The notes below the pieces were generated by a model. It made no database searches and had not been told where the DNA came from. It saw only the letters and a list, made by a program, of their open reading frames with translations. Both the position numbers and the translations under genes were made by a program. Of a stretch of 64,000 nt of DNA, positions 37,114 to 49,900 are shown piece by piece. Each line of letters starts with the position of its first letter. The first letter of the stretch is position 1. The stretch comes from Cetorhinus maximus (taxonomy: Eukaryota): positions 30,442,001 to 30,506,000 of the forward strand of contig NC_135902.1 in the NCBI RefSeq assembly GCF_964194155.1, given 5' to 3'.

Positions 37114-37955
37114 ATATTCTGGATGGCTGGAAGATTTACGTGGTAGATGCCTTGCAAGAAATATCATCTCTTGCCTTCTGTTTAGGTGATGGAGAGACCT
37201 TCCTAAAATAAGCAGTGATCTACTTAAAAGGTTATTATAACATCATTGTTTATAATAGGTTTTGTCAGTTTAATTCTTCAATTAAAATTAGTGTCTGAGA
37301 AGGCTCATTATATGTTATGTGCCATCTGTGTTGCTATTACTTAAACTTCTTACAATTTAGTGAAATGTTCGACTTCAGATGCATTTTGGCTTGGATTTGT
37401 ACATAAGGTAAAAAGCATGGAACGTATTTCCAGGTTTTGTAATTTTTTTTCTGTACGCTGAAGTAATTATCTTTTAAATTTCAACTTTGCATATGTCTTT
37501 TTCTGTTTTTTTTTCTTTCAGTCCAATACTAATCTTATTGTCTCATGTATTTTTGTGCACTAGGCGCAGTTGTGTAGCAGTTCTGTAAAGCGGGTTAGCT
37601 GTAAGGTGGCGTGTTGCAGTGCAGTGCAGAGTGCTTGGCTGTGTCCTGTATTCTCCTGATTGCTCCTGTAATGATGCCTTGACGTGCAGAAAATATGGCT
37701 GTCCAGTAAAATGCCTGTCAGCTGCACCTCCAGAGACGTGGCTGCGTGTAAATTATGGAGCAGGCAGTAAGCACCTTTAGCTACCTTGTTTTTGTACTTG
37801 GTAATGTGGTTTATCCATTTACAATTGGAATACACTGTTTAGAATGCTGTTAATTTTGAAATTGATTGTAATTAACAGTTTTATTTGTTTCAGTACATAA
37901 AATCCTGTACAACTTGTATTTCTGTAATTAATTAAAGATTTTTTTCTTGGTGTTA
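37114..37955 (+). other. SRSF2: SRSF2 terminal 3'UTR exon region with alternatively retained intron
   Basis: Strong acceptor ttctctttttgttccag at 37113; internal donors AAG|gttatt (37231) and AAG|gtaaaa (37408); branch point TACTAAT 37527-37533; acceptor gcactag|GCGCAGTTGTGTAGCAG at 37563. The sequence resembles the human SRSF2 3'UTR as I recall it. Confidence 0.8.
37931..37936 (+). terminator. SRSF2 polyadenylation signal (ATTAAA)
   Basis: ATTAAA followed by U/GU-rich sequence (ttttttcttggtgttaattgtt) at the end of the conserved UTR block. Confidence 0.65.
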
Positions 37956-40900
37956 ATTGTTCTATTTATGACTATTGATGCTCCATTTAGAAAGCATTTT
38001 TTAAGCATGATCATGGGATATTGACATGATATGGTGGTTGCTTTATTGAACCACTGTGGATCTTTAGTGTGGGTGTATTCTTAAGTTTTATACGTTCGGT
38101 AACTAATAGCTTAATCTGTGCTTTATCTTAAGATCTCTAAATTTAAAAAATATCCATTTGCCTGCTCTGAAAATAATTAGATCTCTGGTAAAGCTTAAGT
38201 TTACATAAGATTGTCAAATTTATCTTGTAGTAGCTGTATGAATGGATCCAGTGTTCGTGTGCTGGAAACTTGGTCCAAAGCCCTCCCATTAATAGTTCTT
38301 TTCCATTTATAAAAACCCAGCTTTATCTCTTGCATAATTGTTTGTTGATTTTTGCTGCACTGGGAAATTCTGTTTTATTTTAATTTAAAAAAAAATATAT
38401 ATATATATATAAAATATATATCTAGTTTTGCTTGGAATTGTGCTTGGACCACAAAATTCAGGTGTCTGAAGTAGATCCCTTTCCGATTTCAGTCAGAAAT
38501 CAAAATTTGCCACCTTGCTCAGCAGATCATTTAATTCATTCTGGAAAGGTAGCTTTGTCTAGAGCCTGGAGCAATTATATTTGATTCTGTTTCCCACAGA
38601 AGGCAAAATGCAAATCGAGTGTTGCTGCATTGCATATGATGCATAGGGTTCTTAGTGCTGTGGATCTTATAGTGCTTGTATTGCCATGTGACTGCCATAG
38701 CACAACTGGGAATAAAATAATTGCATATGCAGTTGTTTGAAACTCTCAAATCTCACTTATAGCTGCTGGAACTTCTCTTTAAGGCTGGGGAGGATCCTAG
38801 ATGATGGAAAAATTATATTGTGGCCTGTGGCAAAAATAGCACCATCAGAGGTGTGAAAATATCTTGCAACCCTGGAATTCATGCCAGCTGAAGGTGTTAG
38901 ACAAACCACCTCTTTAAGGCCTTGCTACTTTTGGAGATAACAGCAGTAGCTCATTAACCTTGTAATATTGGACATTTGTAATTTTTTTAAAAGTATGATT
39001 ACATAGAAAATGCTCCACATTCTGGATGGGGCTGGCAACCACTTTGTACATTTTATAATAGAACTAGATGTTTTTATCATTGCCTTTTGGACACAATTGC
39101 TTTAAGGATTTTACAATAACAGTGGTGCACTGTGTTGGCAATACCTCTGGACAAAAAGAATATTAAAACCAGGAGTTTTAAGAGTTTAAAGAATAGTGCA
39201 TAGATTGGAATTTTTCACTTGGTTAGATGGAAATTGGTGATTCATGCTTCCCACTCCATGGTAGGTATTTTAGCAGGGGTCCTAATATGTACGATCTCAT
39301 TGATTAGTGTTATCAGATATACTGAATGATAATTCAGGGTGATATTCTTGCTTGTGGCTGAGAAATGATTGGCCTGAAAATTACTCATAATTTCTAATTG
39401 TCTTATTTGTTCAAGTTGTGACTGTTGTACCTATAGCACGTTTGTTAGAAATTGAGTACATACATGTATAGTTTCATTGAAATGTCATCGGTATTGTGCA
39501 GTAATTTTTGCATCTTAACATTGTAAAAGCTGAAACCAAAGTCTTCTAGTTCTGCTTCTTCTGGGAAAAGTGTTTATAATCTCCTTCAACTTGCTACTGT
39601 GATAACAGTATATTGATATTAAAGTCCTGATATTAAAGTCCTGATTTTAACTAGAAGTGCAAATCAAGGAGTGGGTGGAGTTTCACAATAAAAACATCAA
39701 ACCCTCTTTCCAGAGCTTAGCAGTGTGAGGTCCAGGGACTATTATACCTGGGGCCTCACCTGCCTGCCTGAAACTAGCTGTAAGTGTCAAATGGGCAGGA
39801 GCAGAAATTTGGGTTGATGCAGACAGATGTATGTCATGGGGATTGGGTTTCGGGACAGGATGCAGAGCCTTGAGCAGAGATAGCTTGTGGGGTCTGGGGA
39901 AGATTGCTGCTAGTCTTGACTCCACAATGAAAACATTAAACCAAAATTGTTTCTCTTCTGGCCTCAGGTATTCTTGCTGTTTTAAGTTGGTGGGAAAAGC
40001 ATAATGGCTTCCCTTCTTAGGCTATAGTTAAATTTGTAGTTGTAGGCCTGTGATATTGGGCATATATAGAGGGGCATCCATTTAGCTTCAGGTGGGCTTC
40101 ATGGCAGTTAAAATGGTAGATGGCAGGATCAGTGTAGAATGTTGATATGTAAGTCATCTGGTCAATTTTAATTGCCCACTCATCTGCTTTCCATTTAAAT
40201 GGACAGGCTTAAAATCATTCTTAACATTGTTAGAGCAGTTGAAGCATTAGGGATTGCATGTGTTTTGTTTAGCCTGAGTCAGTTCCAAATAAAAAGCTTC
40301 ATTTTTGATAATTGAATCCTGCATTTTTACAGCTGTATTGTAACTTCAAATATCATTACTCAGTAGTGGTTCATATTGGGAATAGTGTAGGACAGAGTAG
40401 TTGAGGTAGAAGATTGGCTGTAATCTTATTGAATGATAGAGTAGGCTTGAATGGCCTACTCCTATTCATTATGAATCTTAAAAGAGGAAGGTAAGTTCTT
40501 TGAACAATAGAATAATTTGTCTTTGACCACCTTGAGCATTGTTAAATCCAAAGTATATTGTACTTGTTACTTATGCTGGGTGACAAGCAAAATTGCCCGT
40601 GCACAGTAGCAGCCTGTAGCTTTGCAGCACTTCAAACCTGCATGAGGTTACGTATGTGGTCTGAATTTCATGCAAAGTTTATTTAGTAATTGATGGCAGT
40701 AGAACTCTATATAGCTGAGACATCTTAGCTCATTCATAAAGGGGCCACACTTTATGCAGCCAGAGGATATCTCCATAAATTGTTTTGCGAACTACTTAGA
40801 TTGACAGGAGAATGCTGTTCCAGCCAAATTATTGCTAAGCAGATTGCAAAGACTGGACTTAATTGAGGTTGTGATTCAGTGAAATAAATAAATTGAGTGA

Positions 40901-41904
40901 CTTATAACCTGGGTGGAAGAAGCAACTAAAGTATCCAGTTGAAGGAAGAGTATAAATTTTCTGCATAGAACATTGTGTTTTGAATGCAAACTAATTTTTT
41001 TCAATCTGTACTGTTGTTGTGACTACTCAATATTGTGAAACATTGTTAAAACATAGTACTATAGGGAAGGTTGCCGGGGGCGGGGGGGGACAACGACACG
41101 TTAAGAGGTATATGCTTTTTTTTCTGCAGTTAAAGTATAGTCTAACTTTTTTGTTTGAGCAGTGGCTTCCATTTTGAGCAAATATTTTGACATGCCCTAA
41201 CATTAATGTGAAATTTAACTGTGAAAATAAAGTTGCACAAGACAAATAGAATAAAAACAGAAACTGCTGGCAATGCAGTCTAGCAGCATCTGTGGAGAGA
41301 GATACAGTTAATGTTTCAGGTCTGTGACAGTTCATCAGAACTGAAAAAAGTTAGACATGTACATTTTTGAGCAAGTGAAAGTGCTATTCCAGGATGCATT
41401 GTATAAATTTGGGTACTGGAAGATTAACAAAAGAAATCGGGGAAAAATTACTGAGTTTCCAAATTTATCCAAGATTCTTATTAATTTCGACTACTTTAAT
41501 AATGATTACTGGATCAGAGAGTATGAAAGCCTCTCCAAAAACTCCCAAAATTGAGTTTGGAATGACTGAAGTTCAATTATAGCTACATTTAGTACTGTAA
41601 AAGGGATGCTTCTAAAATACTTAGTGCATTGTTAAATGTCTGGACATTAACTAGCTACTTTTAAATTGTATTTGTTAAAAGCGTTCATGAAACAATCTTC
41701 AGACAGGAAATTACCAAATTGATAATTGTAATCGCAATGCACTGATCCATAATTCACTTCTTCTAATCATCACTAGACCAGGGACAAGCTGATCCTTGAA
41801 GAAGTATTGCTCTTCTCTCCGACAGGATTTCCGTATCTCTCTTTTACCTTGTTCACCTTCATTGCTTTCCATCTCTCTCCTGGTGTTTGACAAGGTGTTT
41901 ACTC

Positions 41905-42200
41905 CTTAGATAATATCACCACCTTCAACACCTCTTTGTCCTTTTGCCTATGACATCTTTTGGCTATCTCCATCTATCACTGGCCCTCTATCCAGCTCTA
42001 CCTGTCCCACCCCCGCCCACCTTAAATCAGGTATATTTCACCTCTTTTCTATTTTTACTTAGTTCCGTTGAAGAGTCATACAGACTTGAAACGTTAACTG
42101 TGTTCCTTTCCGTAGAAGCTGCCAGACCTGCTGAGTTTTTCCAAGTATTTTTATTTTTGTTTTGGATTGCCAGCATCCGCAGTTTTTTGCTTTTATCTTG
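41905..42200 (+). mobile_element. Non-autonomous Penelope-derived element (pLTR 3' part)
   Basis: Homologous to 48380-48760 and 54495-54840; hammerhead-like motif 42060-42100. Confidence 0.75.
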
Positions 42201-43756
42201 ATTCTTATGCCATTGTTCAAAGAGCCTATATTAATCCTTAACTTCCCCTGAAAGTAGACAGAGTGCCCAGTTCACCAGGGGAAATATTTTTACTTTGGCT
42301 GTGTTTTCTAATGATACTGTGCATTGACAATACACTTGCAGTAATTTCCTTACAACACAGAAGATGAGGCAGTGTCCAACAGCGTATTGAAAGCACAATC
42401 GTGAGATAAGGAATTACACATCAAATGTGCACAATTTCTTGTAAGTCTAGATAATGTTAGAAAGAGTGGAAATCTAAGTACCAGCATAACCAATATAAAC
42501 CTTGAATCCGTGTCCATGGTTAATGCTTTTCTGCCTTCTGACTGGCATTGAGGTAAAGTACACTTTACAATCAATTAAGTAAAACATTTTTTTAAAAAAA
42601 CAAGGTACCTAATATCTTGGTGCTTCAGAAACAGTTGTCCAGAAATGCAAAATTTGCAGCACTTTTGGAAAGGGTTACTTACATGTTAACTCAAAATATG
42701 CATGATGTGTGCCGTGGTGTTATCTAATGCACTAATTCCTGGGCAATTTTCCTGGGAATGTGTTTAGAACAATGTGTAACTGATTCCATACTGACCTCAG
42801 AACTCCCAAGCTGCAGAAGTTACTCTTTCGAATGGAGCAAGTGACAAGACTGATGACAAACTGCAACCAATTCAAAATGAGCACCTATTGGCCACTTTTG
42901 TTAAATATAGGGGGAAGCACATTGTACTTTGGAAATATTTCCATTTATTTTAATGAAACGCTGTAGTTACATAATTTAAGCATTTAGCATGCTCTCCTGT
43001 TTTTTAAGAACCGAGAATACGTGGGGAAATGCTCTTTACGTGCATTATTTTGTTGTCTTCAAGTGAAAATTTCATTGTTCCTTATTTGAGGGTAATAAAG
43101 TATCTCAGTTAAAGCACACATTGAGTAGGTACACCTTTAAATCAATCAAAGATAAATAAGATTGTTTCTTGTAACTGGCTGGACATTGAGATTACAGTCT
43201 TTTGCATCAGGGAAAAAGAGCACTTCATATGCTTGAATTCAGAGATAAGGTAGGAGCAGGGATTTGGAAGCCGCTGCCGTCCTATAAAGGCATTTTATTT
43301 TATTGTTTATGATCTTTAAACTGAGTTAAGACTAGGCTATAGTATCAAATACCCAATAGCACTAGTCATCAAGAAATAGATAAATATGGAGCACTTGTTT
43401 TGCATCATATACTCTCCAGTGGTTTGACAGGAGAATAATAAGGATAATCAGGAAATATTGGTTTAAAAGCTAATTAATGTATTTTATAAAAGATTTTAAG
43501 CTACACAATTTACATTTTTATTCCTATATCTTCCATGCCCCCCACACTTTCAACAGCAGAGCTATACTTCAACTAAATGTTTCTACAGTAGATTTTCCAC
43601 ATATGGTGTCTAACTGGAATATTTACAAGGTTTCTTTCGGTATAACCCTGTGCATGTAATTAATTCTGAATGGAAAAATGATAGCACCAATGGAGATTGC
43701 AGTCTTTCTAAAATGGTACTTCCAATGAGAAAAACATCGTTATCTTTGCCACTGAA

Positions 43757-43937
43757 CTAGCTGTAGGTTACTGAAGGAATACCAGTCCTTCTGGTGATAA
43801 TCATCATGTGAACAGTGTGACTTCCAGGCAGACTGGATCCAGCAAGGTGTTCTTCATCTGCATTAAATGTTTCTAGTTGAATGTGAACACACTCCATATT
43901 CCACTTGTATAACAATGCTTCGATTGACCAGTCAGCA
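43757..43937 (-). CDS. METTL23: METTL23 terminal coding exon 5
   Basis: ADWSIEALLYKWNMECVHIQLETFNADEEHLAGSSLPGSHTVHMMIITRRTGIPSVTYS*; TAG at 43757-43759. Confidence 0.93.
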
Positions 43938-46900
43938 CTGGAAGAGAAATTTAGGAGTTAAAATAAAGGAAAATTCTTACAGCAAGGCAATACATATTTC
44001 TTATAAACCCAAGTTTTTTTTTCCACATTTGTTTGAATATAATGAAGTTAAAAGGGATAGTAAGATTTCAAGTGTAATATATTGGATAGAGTTCACGATC
44101 AGAATAGTTAAGATCAGGCATAATATCCAATTGGTCTGTGTTATGATAGGAATAGTGGAAGTTGATCCGGATAGAGTTTAGGGTATGGTCCTTGGACAAT
44201 AGATCATGTGCAATAAAAGGTACAGATATTTAAGATTTGAGTACAGTTCTAATACAGCTAAAAATTGTTTTATCAGCAAAAATGAGCATTTAAAGTGTTG
44301 CGTATTCCACATGAGTAACCAGTTACTAGCTTAATTACAACAGTCAGTTTTTTAGTAAATAAAATTAAGAAAAACCTGGCATGTCAACAAGGGATTCACC
44401 CTATTTATTCTCCAATTCAATGCCTCAGCTGAATATAGCACTGCCTTGACTGGGCAGTCATTCAACTAGTTTTGTTTAAATATAAATGCAGTCAATCTAC
44501 GAAAAATTTCAGCCTGTTGTGATGAACCATTTATTCTCTTACGTTTACAATATCATCTAGGAGTTCAACATAATTAATCAGCATCTAACACAATTGTCTT
44601 ACTGAATCTTTCTTGTTAGTTGTCTTAGATGGACAAATTGAGAATTACAAATAAATAGATCTAAGGGGGGAATATCACAAAATTACAATATTTTGGTTTG
44701 GTCACACATCTGCAATAAAAACACTTATTTGTGCAAACTGGCTACTATTATTGCCTACCTTACTACAGTGAGCAAGTACCATACTTCAACAGTACTTGAT
44801 TTCTTGTTAAATGTTATGAGGATATGGAAAGCAGTGTAAAAATAAAAGTTCTAGGGTGACAGATCTCCAACAGAGTTGATGAATGATAAGTTATGAAGCT
44901 TATTGCATTTAAGCCACAGCTAGACAGCCGATATTTCCTTATAACAGATGAGCTGACAATGAATGATGGAATTAGCACATGAAGGGAAGAATGAATGCTG
45001 ATGCCAGGCAAGACTGGCAGGCCTCAATTCCATAAATCTTGAAGCTGCTTTATTAGGTTGGAATAATCATCAACTCAAAATTATATTTGGCAATAGTGTT
45101 TCAGTCAAACATACAGAAAGTTCTTTTTGATTTATTCATTCATGGGATGTGGGTATCGCTGGTGATTGCCCATCCCTAATTGCTCTTGAGTGGGTGATGG
45201 GAAGCCACCTTGAACCACTGCAGTCCATGTGGTGTAGATATACCCACAGTGCTGTTAGGGAGTTCCAGGACTTTGACCAAGCAATAGTGAAGGAACAGCG
45301 ATATAGTTCCAAGTCAGGATGATGTGTGGCTTGGAGGGGAACTTCAAGGTGGTGGCGTTCCCGTGCATCTGCTGCCCTTGTCCTTCTAGGTGGTAGAGGT
45401 CACGGGTTTGGAAGATGCTGTCAAAAAGTAGCCTTGGTGACTTGCTGCAGTGCATTTTATAGATGGTACGTGCTGCTACCACTGCGTGTTGGTGATGGAA
45501 GGAGTGACTGATGGGGTACCAATCAAGCAGGCTGCTTTGTCCTGGATGGTGTTGAACTTTGAGTGTTGTTGGAGCTGCACTCATCCAGGCATTAAAAATA
45601 TTGTTCAGGTGCTTACAGTAATTAAAAACTCACCTGCGTTCCTGATAAGTGGTCCAGAAAAGCACATGTGGATTTTTTTGCATGAGGTAAAAAACAGTTG
45701 TTAATATATCCTCGAAGTCTATAAAAAAATCAATTAAAGAGGACACTTAAAAGGGGTGCTGAATGACATACAGTAATAAGTCATCACAAGGTGCAGTTTC
45801 ACATTGGATTTTATGGAAAATTTAATTACATTTCAGGAAAAAAAAGACATAAAAGCAAAAGTACTAAAGGTAATAATGCTCATCACTCAAATCTACTCAT
45901 TATTCAGCCGGTCTGGCAGCATCTATAGAGAGAAAGTTTCAGGTCGATGATCTTTCATCTGATATACACAGATGCTGCCAAACCTACTGAGTATTACCAG
46001 CATTTTGAGTTTTTATATCAGATTTGAAGCATCTACAGTGTTTTAATTTTGTGCTCCAGCTATTCAGCTTGTTGACATGAGTATCTGTGCCTTGGAGGCC
46101 AAGAACATCACTGGTTCAATCACCAGTTTCTGCTGAATGAGCTTATTCCAATTTTCACATCTTTAGGACAAAAAAACATTGATACTATATTATGAAAGTT
46201 TTTAGTATGTCTATTTGTAAGGGACTCAAATGCCCTCTTAGTGTCCATGACCTGCATCCAATTAAACAACACTATATAATTAACACAGATTTGGTCCTCT
46301 CTGAATTACATTAGTTTATTAAATATTTCTCCTCTTAACTTAAATGCATTTATATCATTTCTAATCTCATCTTCCTTTCTCATGTGAACCAGGTCCACCT
46401 TCCTGGTAAATACTGAAGCAAAATAACTTGAATATTTCTGCCATTTCATTATTGCTGTCTGTGATTTTCATTGAACATCCTTTAGTGACCTAATTCTCAT
46501 CCCAACTTACTTTTTATTTGTGTGCCTGTAGAATATTTTACTATTTTGTTTTGTAATTCTTGATAATTGAATTTCATTGTTCCTCTGCCTTACTAACTGT
46601 ATTTTTTTTTACTTCCCTGCTTGTCTCTTCATATTCTCCCTGTCTCCCTTTCCATACCATCATTTTTTCCCTCATGTCTTTATTCACTTATGGTGACTCA
46701 TTAGTGTTTATTTATTGCTTTTTGGAAAAATATATTCTGCAAGACTCTGTTGGACACCATTTTAAACGTCTCTTATTACTGTACTGAACGATAGTTTGCC
46801 AATATTGTCCATTTTGAGAGAGGGTAGAAAACAAACTTCTTTTCAATGTTCAAATTCCGCATCGGCTGTTTCCTTGCCACCTTTTCCTTCAAACACCTTC

Positions 46901-49900
46901 AGTCATCTCTCCTAACTATCCTAACGTAACTTGGCATGTTTCTTTTCATCCCTCTGTAAAACCCAAGGAATATTTTTGTGTGTTAAAGGCACAGCATAAA
47001 TGCACATTATTCTTTGTCTTTGTAGGCACTCATTCGAAATGAAGATGACTTACTTCCATTCTGGTTCAATGGGTTCTGAAATGGCTGATAAGTCCAATGT
47101 GCAATCTGCAGACTCTACCATGTGTGGGGCGGGTGGTGCTTGGGTAGCTGAGGTTTGTGCGCTCCGCCATCAGACTTGTCTCCCTTCTTCAATATAGTCA
47201 CGATCACAGCTTCCCAGCATGTGCTCCTCTTCCCAAATGAGGGATATGAGGTTGTGAAGAACCTGCCAGGAATGTATCTGTGTTTCAGAATTTCAGCAGG
47301 GATTCCATCTGTTCCAGGGACTTTGCTGTTTTTCAGTTTTCTAATGGCTTTATCAACTTCGCTCCAGATGCACGTTCCCAACCAAATCTCTGTGTTTGGT
47401 GCCTTCCCGAATGAGCAATGGTCACAAGCTAGGGTCTCCCATGAGTTGACGGGTATGATTGACCTCTTCATGGAGGATTTGAGGACATTCTTAAAATGTT
47501 TCTGCTGTTCTCAGGGATTCTCTTGCTACGATCAAGTTCCGAGAAGAGCAGTTGCTTCAGGATTCTAGTGTAAGGCATATGAATGACATGTCTTGCCCAG
47601 CAGAGTTGGTTTTGAGTAATTAGTGTCTTGATGCTGGGCAAGTTGGCTTTGGAGAGAGCTACTGTTGGTCCGCCTTTCTTGGACGATCTTGCGAAGACAC
47701 AACCAGTGATAGTTATCCAGTGCTTTGAGGTGCCTGCTGTAGGTTGTCCATGTCTCCAAAACATATAGAAGCTTAGGGATCATTGCTGCCCGATTAAACC
47801 ATGACCTTAATCTCGGGTTTGAGATCCTGGTCCTTAAATACTCTTTTCCTCAATTGGCCGAAGACTTTGCTGGCACATCGGAGGCAATGACAAATTTTGT
47901 CTGCCTTTGTTGAGAGTAGGCTCCCAAGGTATGGAAAATGGTTCACCTTTACCAGGATCTTGCCGTTGAACTTAATTGATGGGGTGGGGGAGAAGTGTTT
48001 TGCTGTGGGAGCTGGTTGGAAGAGGATCTTAGTTTTCCAAGCATTATGCTTCGAAAAAGGAGTCAATAATGACCTGGAGCTCAGTTTCTGAGTGAGCACT
48101 AATACAAGCACCATCTGCATACTGAAGTTCTATGACTGAGGTTGGAGTGATTTTGGTTTTTGATTGATGGCAACGTAGGTCGAAACAGTTTCCTGTCCTG
48201 TAGATTGTCTTCACAGCTGTGGATAATTTGCTGGAGGTGAGATGCAGTGTTTCAGTGAGATAAATGGAGGAGAAAGTTGGTGTAATGACACAGCCTTGTT
48301 TGACCCCAGTTTTCTATAGGCTATGGGCCTAGTGCTGGAAAATGGAATTTATATAGATTCTTCTTTTCCCACCTATTTCCATTATTTTTAAATCTAAAAC
48401 TAAAACTTTTTTAGTCTTTCCACCCCACCCCCACTAGAGCTGTACCTTGAGTATCCTGTCTTCCATTCTTAATTAGCACTTTTCTCAGACAATATCACCA
48501 CCTTCAACACCTCTTTGATCCTTTTGTCTGTGACATCTTTTGATTATCTGCTCCTATCACTGCTTGCTTATCTCCACAATCACCACACCCTCAACTTCTT
48601 TTTCCCCCCGCCCCCCCACCTTAGACCAGCTTATATTTCACTTTTCTCCTAACTATACTCAGTTCTGCCGAAGGGTCATGAAGACCCGAAACGTTAACTG
48701 ATTTCTTCTCCACCGATGCTGCCAGACCTGCTGATTTTTTCCAGGTAATTCTGTTTTTGTTTAGAATAGTTAGGTACTTGTTTGACCGGCACAGACTCGA
48801 TGGGCCAAAGGGCCTTTTTCTGTGTTGTAGATCTCTATGACTCTACACAGGGTTTGTGGCGGTTTCATTGGTGATGATCATAGCTTGTACATCATGGCAG
48901 AGTAGACGGAGGATAGTGACAAATTTCAGAGGGCAGTCAAATTTGAGGAGGATACTCCTTAAGCCTTCGTGGTTGACACAGTCAAAGGCTTTTGTGAGAT
49001 AGAAAAAATTGGTGCTTTTCCTTGCATTTTTCTTGAATTTGCCATGCAATGAGGATCTTGTCCATCATGTCTCTCAAAGCACGAAAAATCACACTGTGAC
49101 TTTGGAAGGAGTTCCTTGGCACTGGGAGGAGGCATTTGAGCAGGATGCTTGCAGGTTGACGGAGACGGTACATTGCATAAAGCGGTGATTGGTCCAGCAG
49201 TCATCAGTACCTGTCATGGTGCAGGTGCATGTTGTTAAAGTCAATGCAGTTATAAGGGGCAGACAGGAAAGTGGAGTTGAGACCACAACCATATCAGCCA
49301 TGATCTTACTGAATGGTGGAGCAGGCTCGAAGGGTCAAATGGCCTACTCCTGCTCCTAAGACTATGTTCCAGTTAACCATGAAGAGAAGCGTAACTTCCT
49401 ATTGAAATTAATAATGCTCCATCATGTTACTGAACACCCAAGTTATAGACAGTGAAATCCTTTGTGTCTTTTGCCTCCAGGACAAATATATCAGCAGTTA
49501 AAATTATTCAGTCAGTAGAAAATATAAAGACAAGCAGAAATACAGAACTGGTTTTGCAAAATTTAAATCTTTACCTTTAGGCTCATAAAACACATCAGAA
49601 CCCAGAATGATGTCTATCTGTGGTAACAGCACTAGATCAGGAGATATTTGCCCCCAGGTTAAACCGATGACAGACACATCCTCAAGGTTATTAATCTGGC
49701 AACTTAGGCGGCAGTTATCCAAGCAATTCTGAATCTCTGCACCATCCGATAAAATCACTCTACCGCCACATTTTGCTGCCACTATCCCAGGTAGGCTTGC
49801 ACCAGCTCCAATCTGAAAACACAAAATTAATTCCTGCACCATTCCTTATTGATATATAATATGTAATGATTTGAAAACAATAAGATTCAATTTTCTGTGA

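Larger units (their letters stand above)
47030..49160 (-). mobile_element. RTE-clade LINE (RT + C-terminus) with nested CR1 tail and Penelope-derived element
   Basis: LTKAFDCVNH, YAD motif, [34 protein letters not shown]. Confidence 0.85.
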
